Source: Candidatus Nomurabacteria bacterium
GTDB lineage: Bacteria; Patescibacteriota; Minisyncoccia; Phycocordibacterales; UBA918
Reading direction: 5' to 3'
DNA length: 64,000 bases
NCBI GenBank assembly: GCA_020632135.1
Contig: JACKGC010000001.1
Span: forward strand, 308,241-372,240
Position 1 is the stretch's first letter. The number at the start of each line of letters is the position of its first letter. A program made the position numbers and the translations under genes. This document shows positions 1-9,154 of the stretch, piece by piece. The notes under the pieces were generated by a model. That model was not told where the DNA came from. It made no database searches and saw nothing but the letters and a program-made list of their open reading frames with translations.

Positions 1-2
1 GG

Positions 3-356
3 TGGCACTACTTTCGCGCCTGGAGTGAACTCTTTCACGTCTGGCTTAATCTACTCTGGTTCACTATCCACTTCTTCTCCATCCCACAACTCATGCGTAC
101 GTGGTTTTCACCTTGGAAGCGAATTGTTGAAGAACGTGGAAATAAATGGAACCTAGAAGATCTTGCTGGATTCATTATCATTGGCCTTATCTCACGCTTA
201 CTCGGATTCATCATGCGCACGGTCATTATTATGATCGGCTTGGTGTGCCTGTTTCTCGTTGTCAGCAGCGGCTTGTTATTCTTCGTATTCTGGTTCGGCG
301 CACCCTTTGTCATCATCGCCCTTCTTGGCGTCGGCATCACGTTACTTACCGCATAA
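3..356 (+). CDS. Hypothetical membrane protein, 5' end truncated by the window edge
   Basis: The frame is open from position 3. The C-terminal part is strongly hydrophobic (FIIIGLISRLLGFIM..IIMIGLVCLFLVVSSGLLFFVFWFGAPFVIIALLGVGITLL). It stops 5 nt before the next gene. Confidence 0.4.
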   Translation, partial: WHYFRAWSELFHVWLNLLWFTIHFFSIPQLMRTWFSPWKRIVEERGNKWNLEDLAGFIIIGLISRLLGFIMRTVIIMIGLVCLFLVVSSGLLFFVFWFGAPFVIIALLGVGITLLTA

Positions 357-361
357 AACAT

Positions 362-2800
362 ATGGAAACACTCAACGACAGCATCAAAGAGTACGCCCCC
401 GCTATCCGGCTTGATCGTGCCATCAGTCGCCCAGCCCTGAGTCTTACTCGCACCGCAAGCCTGACTGGGGCAATTCTTTGTGGTGCGGGCGCCTTGGCTA
501 CCCACTATTACCTAGACGGGCAATTCACCACTCCACTCCTTGGCGGCACACTTATTTTTAGTGCTCTGTGGCTTGAGCAACTGCTCATTTTTTCATACCA
601 TAACAGCTACTACTTCCGTAACCTCAATTCACTCATTGGCCTCGAGGATGAGCCCGTCACTGGTGCGACTTACGATGTGGCTGAGGTCGTACTTGATAAT
701 CGTGATGACGTCACAAGCGCGTTTTGCACCTCCACCTTTGGTACCGAAGCGCTGCTCCGCTCCGGCATCCCCGAAGCTGCCGTTAACACATTCTTAACCA
801 GCCCACGACAAAAGATCACCGCTGACATGGTCGTGTTGCCAGAAGGGGAGATCTTTAGTGTGATCGGCCTCGGAAAGTACCTCCTCACGCACGATCTAGA
901 GTTCAAGACCATGTGCAAAGAAGCGGGCGTCCGCGAAGACATCTTCCTGGGAGCACTACGCTGGATCGTCGGTACCCACCATCAGTACAAACGCCGGCTC
1001 CGCTGGTGGAGTAAAGATAACCTTTCTCGCACAAAAGGTATTGGCCGTGAATGGGCTTACGGTACCGCCTACCTCTTACAAAAATTCGCGCGCGACATCC
1101 GCACGAGTGCAGTGTTCTCCACTCTTACCAATAACACTCCCTTTGCCGCTGAGAAAGTGACGGAGATAGAGTCAGCTCTTGCGCGCAGCAAAGCCTCGAA
1201 CGTGCTCATTATTGGTGAAGCCGGTGTCGGGAAGGTCGATCTCGTACTAGAAGTTGCTCAGCGCGTGCACACCGGTAAATCTCTCGATGCCATTTCTGGT
1301 AAGCAATTCGTCGTACTCGATACCAACCGACTCTTTTCCGTCCATGCTGAAAAGCAAGACTTGGAATTGACCCTTCTAAGCATGCTCGACCAAGCTGTCG
1401 AAGCCGGTAATACCATCATCGTGATCGAAAACCTTAGCGTCTTCGTACGTGAAGCAGAAGCGATGGGTGTCTTCATTCCTGAACTACTTGATGAGTACCT
1501 GGCAATACCAGAGCTGCAGATCATCGCCACCGACACCCCCGGTGCCTACCACACCTACCTCGAAACACTCGGTGCCTTTACCCGGCGCTTTGCCGAGGTG
1601 CTTATTGACAGCCCTGACCTCTTCGCTACCACCCGGGTGCTTGAGGGTATCGCGCTAACTCACGAAAAGAAGCAGCGGGTCATCTTTACCTATGGTAGCC
1701 TCCACGCCATCAGCACTGCCGCCGACCGCTACATCGTTGAGGGAGTAATGCCCGATAAAGCGATCGCACTCCTTATTGATGTGGCCACAAAGGCACAGCA
1801 AGTAAAGACGTCACTCATTACGGAAGATTTTGTATACGAGACCGTAAGTGAGAGGACCGGTGTCCCCGCTGGACCGATCCAGGAATCCGAACGTGACCTA
1901 CTGTTGCATCTGGAGGATAAACTCCACCAACAAGTGATCGGGCAGCAAGCAGCGCTCAGTGCCATCGCGCGCACCATGCGCCGCGCTCGCGCGGGGATCC
2001 AAACCGCCGACAAGCCAATTGGCTCCTTTCTGTTCCTAGGCCCAACTGGCGTAGGAAAAACCGAAACCGCTAAGGCACTCGCCAAGATCTTCTTCGGCGG
2101 GGAAGATAAGCTTGAGCGACTCGATATGTCTGAGTACAGCGGGGAAGCAGCGCTTGAGCACCTCATCGGATCCGAAGAACAAGCCGGAGTCCTGCCAAAC
2201 ATCCTCCGTGAACATCCGTACTGCGTACTTTTACTCGATGAATTCGAGAAAGCGACCCAGTCGATTCATGATCTTTTCCTACAAGTACTTGATGAGGGTG
2301 TTTTTACTGACGGGCGTGGCGGCAAAGTAAACGCACGCAACACCATAATCATTGCCACCTCCAACGCCGGCAGTACACTCATCTTACGTACCGTGAAGCA
2401 GCGCAAAGAGCTCACACACCTGACTCAAGAGATCATCGATCATATTGTACGCGAAGGCATATATCGGCCGGAGCTGATCAACCGATTTGATAGCACCATC
2501 ATTTTTGAACCACTCACCGTAGGGGAACAGACTGAAGTGGCGAGCTTGATGCTCGGCAGTCTATACGAGCGGATCAAAGAACGTGGCTATGAATTAACCG
2601 TTGGTCGTGACCTACTCGATGTGCTGGTGGAGAAGGGATACAATCCTGAGTTTGGCGCTCGACCTATGCAGCGAGTTCTCCAAGACCTAGTGGAAGAAAA
2701 GGTGGCGAAGAAGATCATTGCCGGACATGTCCAAAAAGGTGACACCATTACTCTGACCAAAGGTGATTTTACTGCAGCAGAGCTGGCGGTGGGGGAGTAG
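362..2800 (+). CDS. Clp/Hsp100-family double AAA+ ATPase (ClpB/ClpC-like) with an atypical N-terminus
   Basis: The D2 module is canonical: Walker A GPTGVGKT, Walker B LLLDEFEKA, LQVLDEG..TD, IIATSNAG and sensor-2 GARPMQR. The D1 module has GEAGVGKV and IIVIENL in place of the DE Walker B. Start chosen at METLNDS (362), in frame with the track ORF 146..2800. Confidence 0.8.
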   Translation: METLNDSIKEYAPAIRLDRAISRPALSLTRTASLTGAILCGAGALATHYYLDGQFTTPLLGGTLIFSALWLEQLLIFSYHNSYYFRNLNSLIGLEDEPVTGATYDVAEVVLDNRDDVTSAFCTSTFGTEALLRSGIPEAAVNTFLTSPRQKITADMVVLPEGEIFSVIGLGKYLLTHDLEFKTMCKEAGVREDIFLGALRWIVGTHHQYKRRLRWWSKDNLSRTKGIGREWAYGTAYLLQKFARDIRTSAVFSTLTNNTPFAAEKVTEIESALARSKASNVLIIGEAGVGKVDLVLEVAQRVHTGKSLDAISGKQFVVLDTNRLFSVHAEKQDLELTLLSMLDQAVEAGNTIIVIENLSVFVREAEAMGVFIPELLDEYLAIPELQIIATDTPGAYHTYLETLGAFTRRFAEVLIDSPDLFATTRVLEGIALTHEKKQRVIFTYGSLHAISTAADRYIVEGVMPDKAIALLIDVATKAQQVKTSLITEDFVYETVSERTGVPAGPIQESERDLLLHLEDKLHQQVIGQQAALSAIARTMRRARAGIQTADKPIGSFLFLGPTGVGKTETAKALAKIFFGGEDKLERLDMSEYSGEAALEHLIGSEEQAGVLPNILREHPYCVLLLDEFEKATQSIHDLFLQVLDEGVFTDGRGGKVNARNTIIIATSNAGSTLILRTVKQRKELTHLTQEIIDHIVREGIYRPELINRFDSTIIFEPLTVGEQTEVASLMLGSLYERIKERGYELTVGRDLLDVLVEKGYNPEFGARPMQRVLQDLVEEKVAKKIIAGHVQKGDTITLTKGDFTAAELAVGE

Positions 2801-2820
2801 TGTGTAGTTGGACCATAAAA

Positions 2821-2861
2821 GGAAAGCCGCCGCGGGCCCTTCGGGCCCGCGGCGGCTTTCC
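2821..2861. terminator. Bidirectional intrinsic-terminator hairpin
   Basis: Perfect 18-bp GC-rich stem ggaaagccgccgcgggcc / ggcccgcggcggctttcc with a cttcg loop. It lies between convergent genes. Confidence 0.8.
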
Positions 2862-2882
2862 TTTTACTCACACGTACGTAGC

Positions 2883-5462
2883 CTACTCTTTTTCAATCAC
2901 CACTGACTCCTTTGGTGAACGCTCCAAGAGCGCTGTTCCAATAAAGAGCAGACCAATACCGAGGAACGTAACGATCCGCCAGACCGTTTCCATTACCCAC
3001 ACATCGACGAGACCAAGACGCAAGACCACCGCTGCCAGGAGCAGGACACCAACTCGCTTGTAGACCGCATTCTCTTGAGTCCGTCCAATGCTGTATGCAA
3101 CCAGTCCGACCACCGTGTAGACAAAGAGCGCAATTGTTACCGCCACAGCATCGAACACAAACACTGTTTGGCTCATCACCCACACGAGACAGAATACTAA
3201 GATACCCGCAACGCCGTAGAGGATATTGGCGGCTTGCTGTAGCACCTCAACTGCTTCCGCAGCCACATTTCGACGATAGTGCAGCAGCGACGTACCCAAG
3301 ACAAAGAGCACCGTAATGGCTGCATACACCCCGACCGCATCAATACTTAGAAGGCCATCGTGCCAGCCCGTGAAGGGAAGTGAATCAATCAGCATGATAA
3401 TTGGGACAACCAGGGCAGCGAGCATCGCTACTACGCGCCCAACACTCATCCGTGCCAGCATGAGCACACTCACCACCACGTACGTAACAAAGAGGAAACT
3501 CACTGCCGACACCACTCGCTCTTCATCTCCTGAGAGCAGGGCCGACCAGACCGTACTCAAGAACATAAAACCGTACCCAAGGAATACCCACGCGAGCGCA
3601 TACGAAATAGTTTGCATAACACCCTCGTGCGCATGACCGCGCGCTCGCATCCAGTAGACACAGCCCACACTCGCCACTGTTACCGAGAAGAGTACGCTCG
3701 CAAAGAACGACTGGTGCCAAATACCTGAGCGCCACGCGCTCTCCGTCAGTGCCGACAACGCCAGGAAGGTCGGCACGATCAAACTAAAACTTGCCCCGAT
3801 TAGCCAATTGGCCCTTGGCACCACCGTGGTGAGATAGCCGATGATGATCACAGCTACACCAAGCGTCAGGAAGGTATCGGTAAAGACGGGTTCCCAGCCG
3901 CCGCGCAGCGCATACGCTATCACCGAACAGGTACCGATCACAAAGCCATACCACACCACCAAATGCGTCGCCGCGATCGAACGCAACCAGTTGATATCCT
4001 GCCAAGCCGGCTGTCGGAGTACATACACCACTGCTACACCTAAGCTCAAAATTACACTGAGTACACCAAGTGCCTCTCTGTGTAACACACCCCCTTGCCA
4101 GGCACTACTCGCGAGATCATTCGATCCCAGAAGTAGTGGGATCACAAAGAGCAGCGCACCGACCATCACGGTGCGCTGTACGGTTGCAAGCTTCAGTGCT
4201 AAGACGTAGATCGCTAAGACCTCGATCGCATAGGCAATGGTCAACACAAAGCCGTCGAATAATTCTGCCGTACCAAGGAGGATACACGCCAAACTAAAGA
4301 CCGCATACAGTGAAACGGCATCCGCATGTGCGTTTCGTTGATACAGTATATAGCCCACGAGCGCTGTGATAGTAGCAGCCACAAACAGCGCTAAAGCTGG
4401 GAAGAGTGCTACTGCCATAGCGTAACCAATGAACTGTAGCGACACCACCACGAGTGTCACTACATCAAGTACCACCGGGCGCTCGGTACGCATGATGCTG
4501 ACGGTCGTACTTGCAAAGAATAGGATCGAGAAGATGATGACAAAGAACCAAGTGGTCAGGTCGCTCAGTACTGATTCCTGATAGATCAAGAATACGTGTT
4601 GCGCTGTTCCAAACGAAAGGAGTAGTGCAACCGAACGCCACGCAGTAAAGAAGACCACCATGAGAAAACCTGCAGAGAGCAAAAAGAGGTAGGAGAGGAG
4701 CAGTATTTCTGATGGATCAACCTGCTTGATCAAGAATGGCACCAGAAGACCTGCAAGGGCTGCAGTGGTAGCGAGCCATTCGGTCTTGGTCTTGACTGCC
4801 ACCAACACCGTGTACGCGATACTGCCTACCATCAATAGAAAGGCAAGTGGAGCAGCGAGAATCGGTACCGTAAATGCAAACTGCGATGCTACCACCGTGC
4901 CCAAGAACACGGCGGTGCCAAGCGTGGTCAAGACCACATACTGAGTACCCTCAGTGGTACGACGCCAATACCCGACAACATAAACAGCCACCGCCAATAA
5001 GAGACCAAGCACAATACGCATGAACGGCGCGATCCAATTTTGCTCGATAGCGTAACTCACAAACCACACTGCACCCAAGAAAAAAATGATCGAACCAACC
5101 TTGATAAGGGTCTGTTCCCGAAACCATGTATATAAGAAGAACTCACTTGGTTCGGACATGACAGGAGTATATGCCGGTGGAGCAGTCGGGATCGGTCGCA
5201 ATTGCCCCCAGTTTACCGACTCCTCTGGTGGGTTAGACGTATCCGGTTCAGTTTCTGACCGTGGCAGTACTGACATCTCGGTCTCTGACTCAGGAGCTAC
5301 TGCGGGCTCAACAGCCGTCAGTACCGACTGCGTTACTGATACTGTCGAACGCTTATGCTTGGAAAGTTGCGCTACTTCTTGTTCTAAATTGGTTACCCGT
5401 TTACTGAGTGTCACTAACAGGTACACAGCATATACAAAAAACAAAAAACTGATAAATCCCAT
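2883..5462 (-). CDS. Large polytopic membrane protein (DUF2339-like architecture)
   Basis: 859 aa. It has an N-terminal TM, then a short coiled coil (VTNLEQEVAQL), a Pro/Glu-rich linker and more than 20 hydrophobic segments. The family assignment is from memory of the architecture only. Confidence 0.55.
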   Translation of the reverse strand: MGFISFLFFVYAVYLLVTLSKRVTNLEQEVAQLSKHKRSTVSVTQSVLTAVEPAVAPESETEMSVLPRSETEPDTSNPPEESVNWGQLRPIPTAPPAYTPVMSEPSEFFLYTWFREQTLIKVGSIIFFLGAVWFVSYAIEQNWIAPFMRIVLGLLLAVAVYVVGYWRRTTEGTQYVVLTTLGTAVFLGTVVASQFAFTVPILAAPLAFLLMVGSIAYTVLVAVKTKTEWLATTAALAGLLVPFLIKQVDPSEILLLSYLFLLSAGFLMVVFFTAWRSVALLLSFGTAQHVFLIYQESVLSDLTTWFFVIIFSILFFASTTVSIMRTERPVVLDVVTLVVVSLQFIGYAMAVALFPALALFVAATITALVGYILYQRNAHADAVSLYAVFSLACILLGTAELFDGFVLTIAYAIEVLAIYVLALKLATVQRTVMVGALLFVIPLLLGSNDLASSAWQGGVLHREALGVLSVILSLGVAVVYVLRQPAWQDINWLRSIAATHLVVWYGFVIGTCSVIAYALRGGWEPVFTDTFLTLGVAVIIIGYLTTVVPRANWLIGASFSLIVPTFLALSALTESAWRSGIWHQSFFASVLFSVTVASVGCVYWMRARGHAHEGVMQTISYALAWVFLGYGFMFLSTVWSALLSGDEERVVSAVSFLFVTYVVVSVLMLARMSVGRVVAMLAALVVPIIMLIDSLPFTGWHDGLLSIDAVGVYAAITVLFVLGTSLLHYRRNVAAEAVEVLQQAANILYGVAGILVFCLVWVMSQTVFVFDAVAVTIALFVYTVVGLVAYSIGRTQENAVYKRVGVLLLAAVVLRLGLVDVWVMETVWRIVTFLGIGLLFIGTALLERSPKESVVIEKE

Positions 5463-5858
5463 ACAAAATTACTAATTACAAACTAAACTAATATATGTAG
5501 TATGACAGATACTTGCTGTACTACGGAGAGAGAAGTGCACAGATGGAAAATACTGGTGTCACACCCTGCTGTTCTTTTGGTTGGACTCAGCCTGCGGTCA
5601 AACCTAGACCAAATGGTCGGACCGCCATAGTAGATAAAATAAAAAGACCCGTAGGTCCCTATTTTGAATTTCTGAAAGAGGTGACCGTCGGGTCTAGTGA
5701 ATATTTGTGCAGCAATTGCTGCGAAAGAACGATGAATGTACTGGGTACTACCCATAGTGTACTCCATTGATGTACGCAAGCAATCGGGTTATACACAGTC
5801 CTTAAAAACCTTTAATCAAGCCAGATTGGCCAAGCCCTGCACTCTGACATACAATAGT

Positions 5859-6764
5859 ATGTATATGCAAGCAAAAAATATCGTAATCACTGTATTAGTA
5901 CTCGCGCTCGTGGGAGTGGTCATTTTTCTATTCCTTGGCATGAGCAGCGAGACTATCGTTGTAAATGAAGAAACGCCAGACACCACACCGGTAGAGGAAC
6001 GCCTCCCAGTCGAGCCAGATGGTGGGATCGGTGATGGAGCTGAACCGTTGCCCGAAGTCATAGAAACTGCTCGCGGTAGCGAGACGCTCCTTGGTACGTC
6101 TGTCGAAGGTACCGAAATCCGCGCCTACCACTTTGGCAACGGAACCCAAGAGATCGTGCTGATCGGTGGTGTCCACGGTAGCTACTCACCAAATACCAGT
6201 GCTCTCGGCGATGAGTTCGTGAGCTATTTCACCGAGAATGAGTCAGATATTCCGGAGAATGTGCTGTTGACCATTATCCCTAATCTCAATCCGGATGGAA
6301 CTGCAGCTGGTGGGACAGCCGGACGCTTCAACACCAACGACGTAGACCTCAATCGCAACTTTGATTGTGAGTGGAGCGCCACTGGAGTGTGGCGACAACA
6401 AGAAGTCAGTGGGGGTAGCGCACCATTCTCAGAACCAGAAGCCGCTGCCTTGCGTGACTACATCTTGCACTACGAACCAGCCGCAGCGGTAGTGTGGTTT
6501 AGTGCTGAGGGTAAAGTGTATCCTTCAGCTTGTGCTGGCACCCCAAGCAATGCTTCAGTCGAGCTCGCTGCCACCTTTGCGAGTGCCGCTGGCTACCCAG
6601 CTGAAGCTGAGTTTGATGCCTACGCCATCACTGGCGACATGGTGAACTGGATGGCAAAAGAAAAGATCCCCGCCATCAGTGTGCTCCTCAGCGACCACCA
6701 AAGCACTGAGTGGAGCAAGAATCTCGCCGGTGTCAAAGCTATTCTTAACACCTACGCTGAGTAA
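5859..6764 (+). CDS. M14 carboxypeptidase-like protein, probably a catalytically inactive paralog
   Basis: N-terminal TM anchor, then the M14 framework motifs GGVHG, NLNPDG and DLNRNF. The positions aligned to the zinc and catalytic residues of the downstream paralog are substituted. Start at the internal ATG 5859 before the TM segment. Confidence 0.6.
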   Translation: MYMQAKNIVITVLVLALVGVVIFLFLGMSSETIVVNEETPDTTPVEERLPVEPDGGIGDGAEPLPEVIETARGSETLLGTSVEGTEIRAYHFGNGTQEIVLIGGVHGSYSPNTSALGDEFVSYFTENESDIPENVLLTIIPNLNPDGTAAGGTAGRFNTNDVDLNRNFDCEWSATGVWRQQEVSGGSAPFSEPEAAALRDYILHYEPAAAVVWFSAEGKVYPSACAGTPSNASVELAATFASAAGYPAEAEFDAYAITGDMVNWMAKEKIPAISVLLSDHQSTEWSKNLAGVKAILNTYAE

Positions 6765-7660
6765 TGAATCGTTCGCTTGCCGTCTTCGCCGCGATCGCGC
6801 TGCTGTTAGCGATCGGCGCTGCCTTCCTGGTTTGGGATGAACCGACAGCGGATGTCGTACCTGTGGCACTCGAGCCAACCGAGCTCATCACTGAAACGGA
6901 CGCCCCGACTTCAACCAAAACTCGTATTGGTAGTTCAGTGGAAGGACGAGTCATTGAGGCCCACACCTTTGGTACCGGAGAGACCAATATTCTCTTGGTA
7001 GGTGGCATCCATGGCGGATATGAATGGAACAGTAGTGCGCTGGCGTACGAAATGATTGACTACCTAAAGAAAGATTCCAGCATGATTCCCGAGAATATCA
7101 CCGTGCACATCATTCCCAATCTCAACCCGGACGGACTCTTCGCCGCCACCGGCATTGAAGGAAAATTTGCTGGTAGTGATATCACAGACTACAGCATGCA
7201 CACCACGGGGCTAGGTCGCATGAATGCACATGAGGTTGACCTTAACCGGAACTTTGACTGTAACTGGTCACCAGAGAGTAGTTGGCGCAGCCAGCCCGTA
7301 AGCGGCGGCACCGTGGTCTTCTCTGAACCTGAAGCTATCGCGCTGCGTGACTACGTGGCTTTGCACCCTCCTGCGGCGGCCATCTTCTGGCACAGTATGG
7401 CTGACAATGTGTATGGTAGTAGCTGTGATGGCACACTTGCGCCAGAAACAAAAACCTTGGTTGACACCTACGCAACTGCTAGTGGGTACGGTGCCGTACC
7501 ACTCTTTACCGCGTATGCGGTCACTGGGGCAGCCGAAGATTGGCTTGCCAAACTTGGCGTACCCGCCGTCACAGTAGAACTTGGTTCACGAACGAGTAGC
7601 GAGTGGAGTAAGAACATGGCAGGCACTGCAGCGGTGCTGCAGTTGTATGGAGGGCAATGA
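6764..7660 (+). CDS. M14-family zinc carboxypeptidase-like protein (gamma-D-glutamyl-DAP peptidase-like)
   Basis: Signal/TM N-terminus. Motifs GGIHGGYEWN, NLNPDG, DLNRNFD, FWHSM and TVELG. The start overlaps the upstream stop (TAATG). Confidence 0.7.
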   Translation: MNRSLAVFAAIALLLAIGAAFLVWDEPTADVVPVALEPTELITETDAPTSTKTRIGSSVEGRVIEAHTFGTGETNILLVGGIHGGYEWNSSALAYEMIDYLKKDSSMIPENITVHIIPNLNPDGLFAATGIEGKFAGSDITDYSMHTTGLGRMNAHEVDLNRNFDCNWSPESSWRSQPVSGGTVVFSEPEAIALRDYVALHPPAAAIFWHSMADNVYGSSCDGTLAPETKTLVDTYATASGYGAVPLFTAYAVTGAAEDWLAKLGVPAVTVELGSRTSSEWSKNMAGTAAVLQLYGGQ

Positions 7661-7680
7661 TTTGAAGAGGATGGTTTAAA

Positions 7681-7716
7681 AACAGCGGCCGGCCCCTTCG
7701 GGGCCGGCCGCTGTTT
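7681..7716 (+). terminator. Intrinsic terminator hairpin
   Basis: aacagcggccggcccc ttcg ggggccggccgctgtt: a perfect 16-bp stem with a UUCG loop, flanked by an A run and a T run. Confidence 0.8.
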
Positions 7717-7759
7717 TTAGTGCTACAATACTCTCATTACTCACGCTCATTTTATATCC

Positions 7760-8785
7760 ATGCCAGCTTTTTTCCACAATCGAATCATACAGATCATCGG
7801 CGCAGTTATTGGCGCCACGCTTTTACTCCTTATCCTCGCAGCGGTTTTCCTAGCCTCGTTGAATGATGCTAGAGACAGTACATATCGTGGAGAAAGTATG
7901 ATGTACGCACCAAGCGTATCGATGGATAGTGCAAACATGGTCGGTGGCTTTGGCGCTGATGGTGACGACATGATGATGAAAGAAATGGAGTCTTCGTATT
8001 ACCCCATGCCGATCCCCACTCCAGACAGCTACACTGCTGGACTCGAGACCTACGAGACTACGAGCTACGCCGTGACCGCAAAGACGAAAGATTTTGACGA
8101 TGTCTGTGATTCACTCACAGCACTCAAGGCCCAGACCGACATACACTTCAAGTCACTCAATGCGTCAACCAACAATTGCTATGCTACCTTTTACGCAGAG
8201 GAGGCAGCGGTGGAGGAAGTACTCGCCACGTTCACTCAGTATCGGAACATCGAAGTATCACGCGACACTTCATCAGTCACCCGACACAAACAGCGACTCG
8301 AAGGTCAGACATCGATCATGCAGCAGCAACTAGCACGTACGGAAAAGTCACTCGCTGCTGCCGAGGCACAGCTCGAGCGACTCAACGCACTCTTTACGTC
8401 GAGTAACGAGGTCACTAAACTCTCCGCGGAGGTGACTAATAGCCTGCGCTACATCGACCAGCTGACGCAACGAAAAATTAGCTACATCAGCCAACTCAAT
8501 AATCTCTATCAGCAAGCTGCTGATCTTGAAGAACGGATCAATGTCGTCCAGTTTGATGTGAGCATCAGTCGCGCTAACCCGATCTCAGTTGGGAAATACG
8601 ACCGACAGTGGGACAATGCATGGGAAGAACTTAAAGAACAGTACACTGAAACCCTCATCGGACTCACCGCTATGCTTGGCATCTTCCTCTTGTGGCTGGT
8701 ACGCCTTGTGGTCTACGCCCTGATCGTGATCGTTATCGTACGAGGCCTCTGGAAGTTCGTACAAGTACTTTGGAGTAGGTGGTAA
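7760..8785 (+). CDS. Membrane-anchored coiled-coil protein (DUF4349-like)
   Basis: N-terminal TM, a central region with heptad-like segments (QQQLARTEKSLAAAEAQLERL) and a C-terminal double TM (LTAMLGIFLLWLVRLVVYALIVIVIV). The family call is tentative. Confidence 0.45.
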   Translation: MPAFFHNRIIQIIGAVIGATLLLLILAAVFLASLNDARDSTYRGESMMYAPSVSMDSANMVGGFGADGDDMMMKEMESSYYPMPIPTPDSYTAGLETYETTSYAVTAKTKDFDDVCDSLTALKAQTDIHFKSLNASTNNCYATFYAEEAAVEEVLATFTQYRNIEVSRDTSSVTRHKQRLEGQTSIMQQQLARTEKSLAAAEAQLERLNALFTSSNEVTKLSAEVTNSLRYIDQLTQRKISYISQLNNLYQQAADLEERINVVQFDVSISRANPISVGKYDRQWDNAWEELKEQYTETLIGLTAMLGIFLLWLVRLVVYALIVIVIVRGLWKFVQVLWSRW

Positions 8786-8840
8786 CCAAACATGTGCTAG
8801 ATGAAAAATACGGCGACCCTTCGGGCCACCGTATTTTTCA

Positions 8841-8869
8841 TTGACACCACCAATCTACGTATGTAGTAT
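8841..8869 (+). promoter_or_regulatory. Sigma70-type promoter (TTGACA-N17-TAGTAT)
   Basis: TTGACA at 8841-8846 and TAGTAT at 8864-8869 with a 17-nt spacer, followed by GGAGG at 8886-8890 and the ATG at 8897. Confidence 0.6.
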
Positions 8870-8896
8870 GCCCACAGCTCAAGGCGGAGGACTTAC

Positions 8897-9118
8897 ATGA
8901 TCACTCTCAACGCATGGTGGGCTGGCCATCGACTGAAGCAGCTGTCGATCGAAGAAACTTCGCTCGGAGAAACCATCACAGCCCTGCAACAAGATCTTAA
9001 TAGTGACATTCTTCAAATCACCACCTGCGGTGTCATCATGATACCAAGTACACTCTGTGTTGATGTTGTACATGAAGACATTTTGGTGCAGCAGCACAAC
9101 CTCAATCGACGAAACTAA
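8897..9118 (+). CDS. Small hypothetical protein (73 aa)
   Basis: It has its own consensus promoter, a strong SD (GGAGG 6 nt before the ATG) and a downstream hairpin. I recognise no family. Confidence 0.5.
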   Translation: MITLNAWWAGHRLKQLSIEETSLGETITALQQDLNSDILQITTCGVIMIPSTLCVDVVHEDILVQQHNLNRRN

Positions 9119-9125
9119 TACAATG

Positions 9126-9150
9126 GCGCGCTTCCCTTTAAGAAGCGCGC
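9126..9150. terminator. Bidirectional terminator hairpin
   Basis: gcgcgcttc / gaagcgcgc, a 9-bp stem between convergent genes. Confidence 0.6.
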
Positions 9151-9154
9151 TGTT

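Noticed and set aside
146-361. N-terminal 72 codons of track ORF 146..2800
   Set aside because: This stretch overlaps the end of the upstream membrane-protein frame and reads as low-complexity His/Arg-rich sequence. The ATG at 362, 5 nt after the upstream stop, gives a sensible start.
8805-8836. Terminator hairpin after the DUF4349-like gene
   Set aside because: The hairpin atacggcgaccc..gggccaccgtat has two mismatches and an ambiguous register. It is probably a weak terminator but is not listed as a confident feature.
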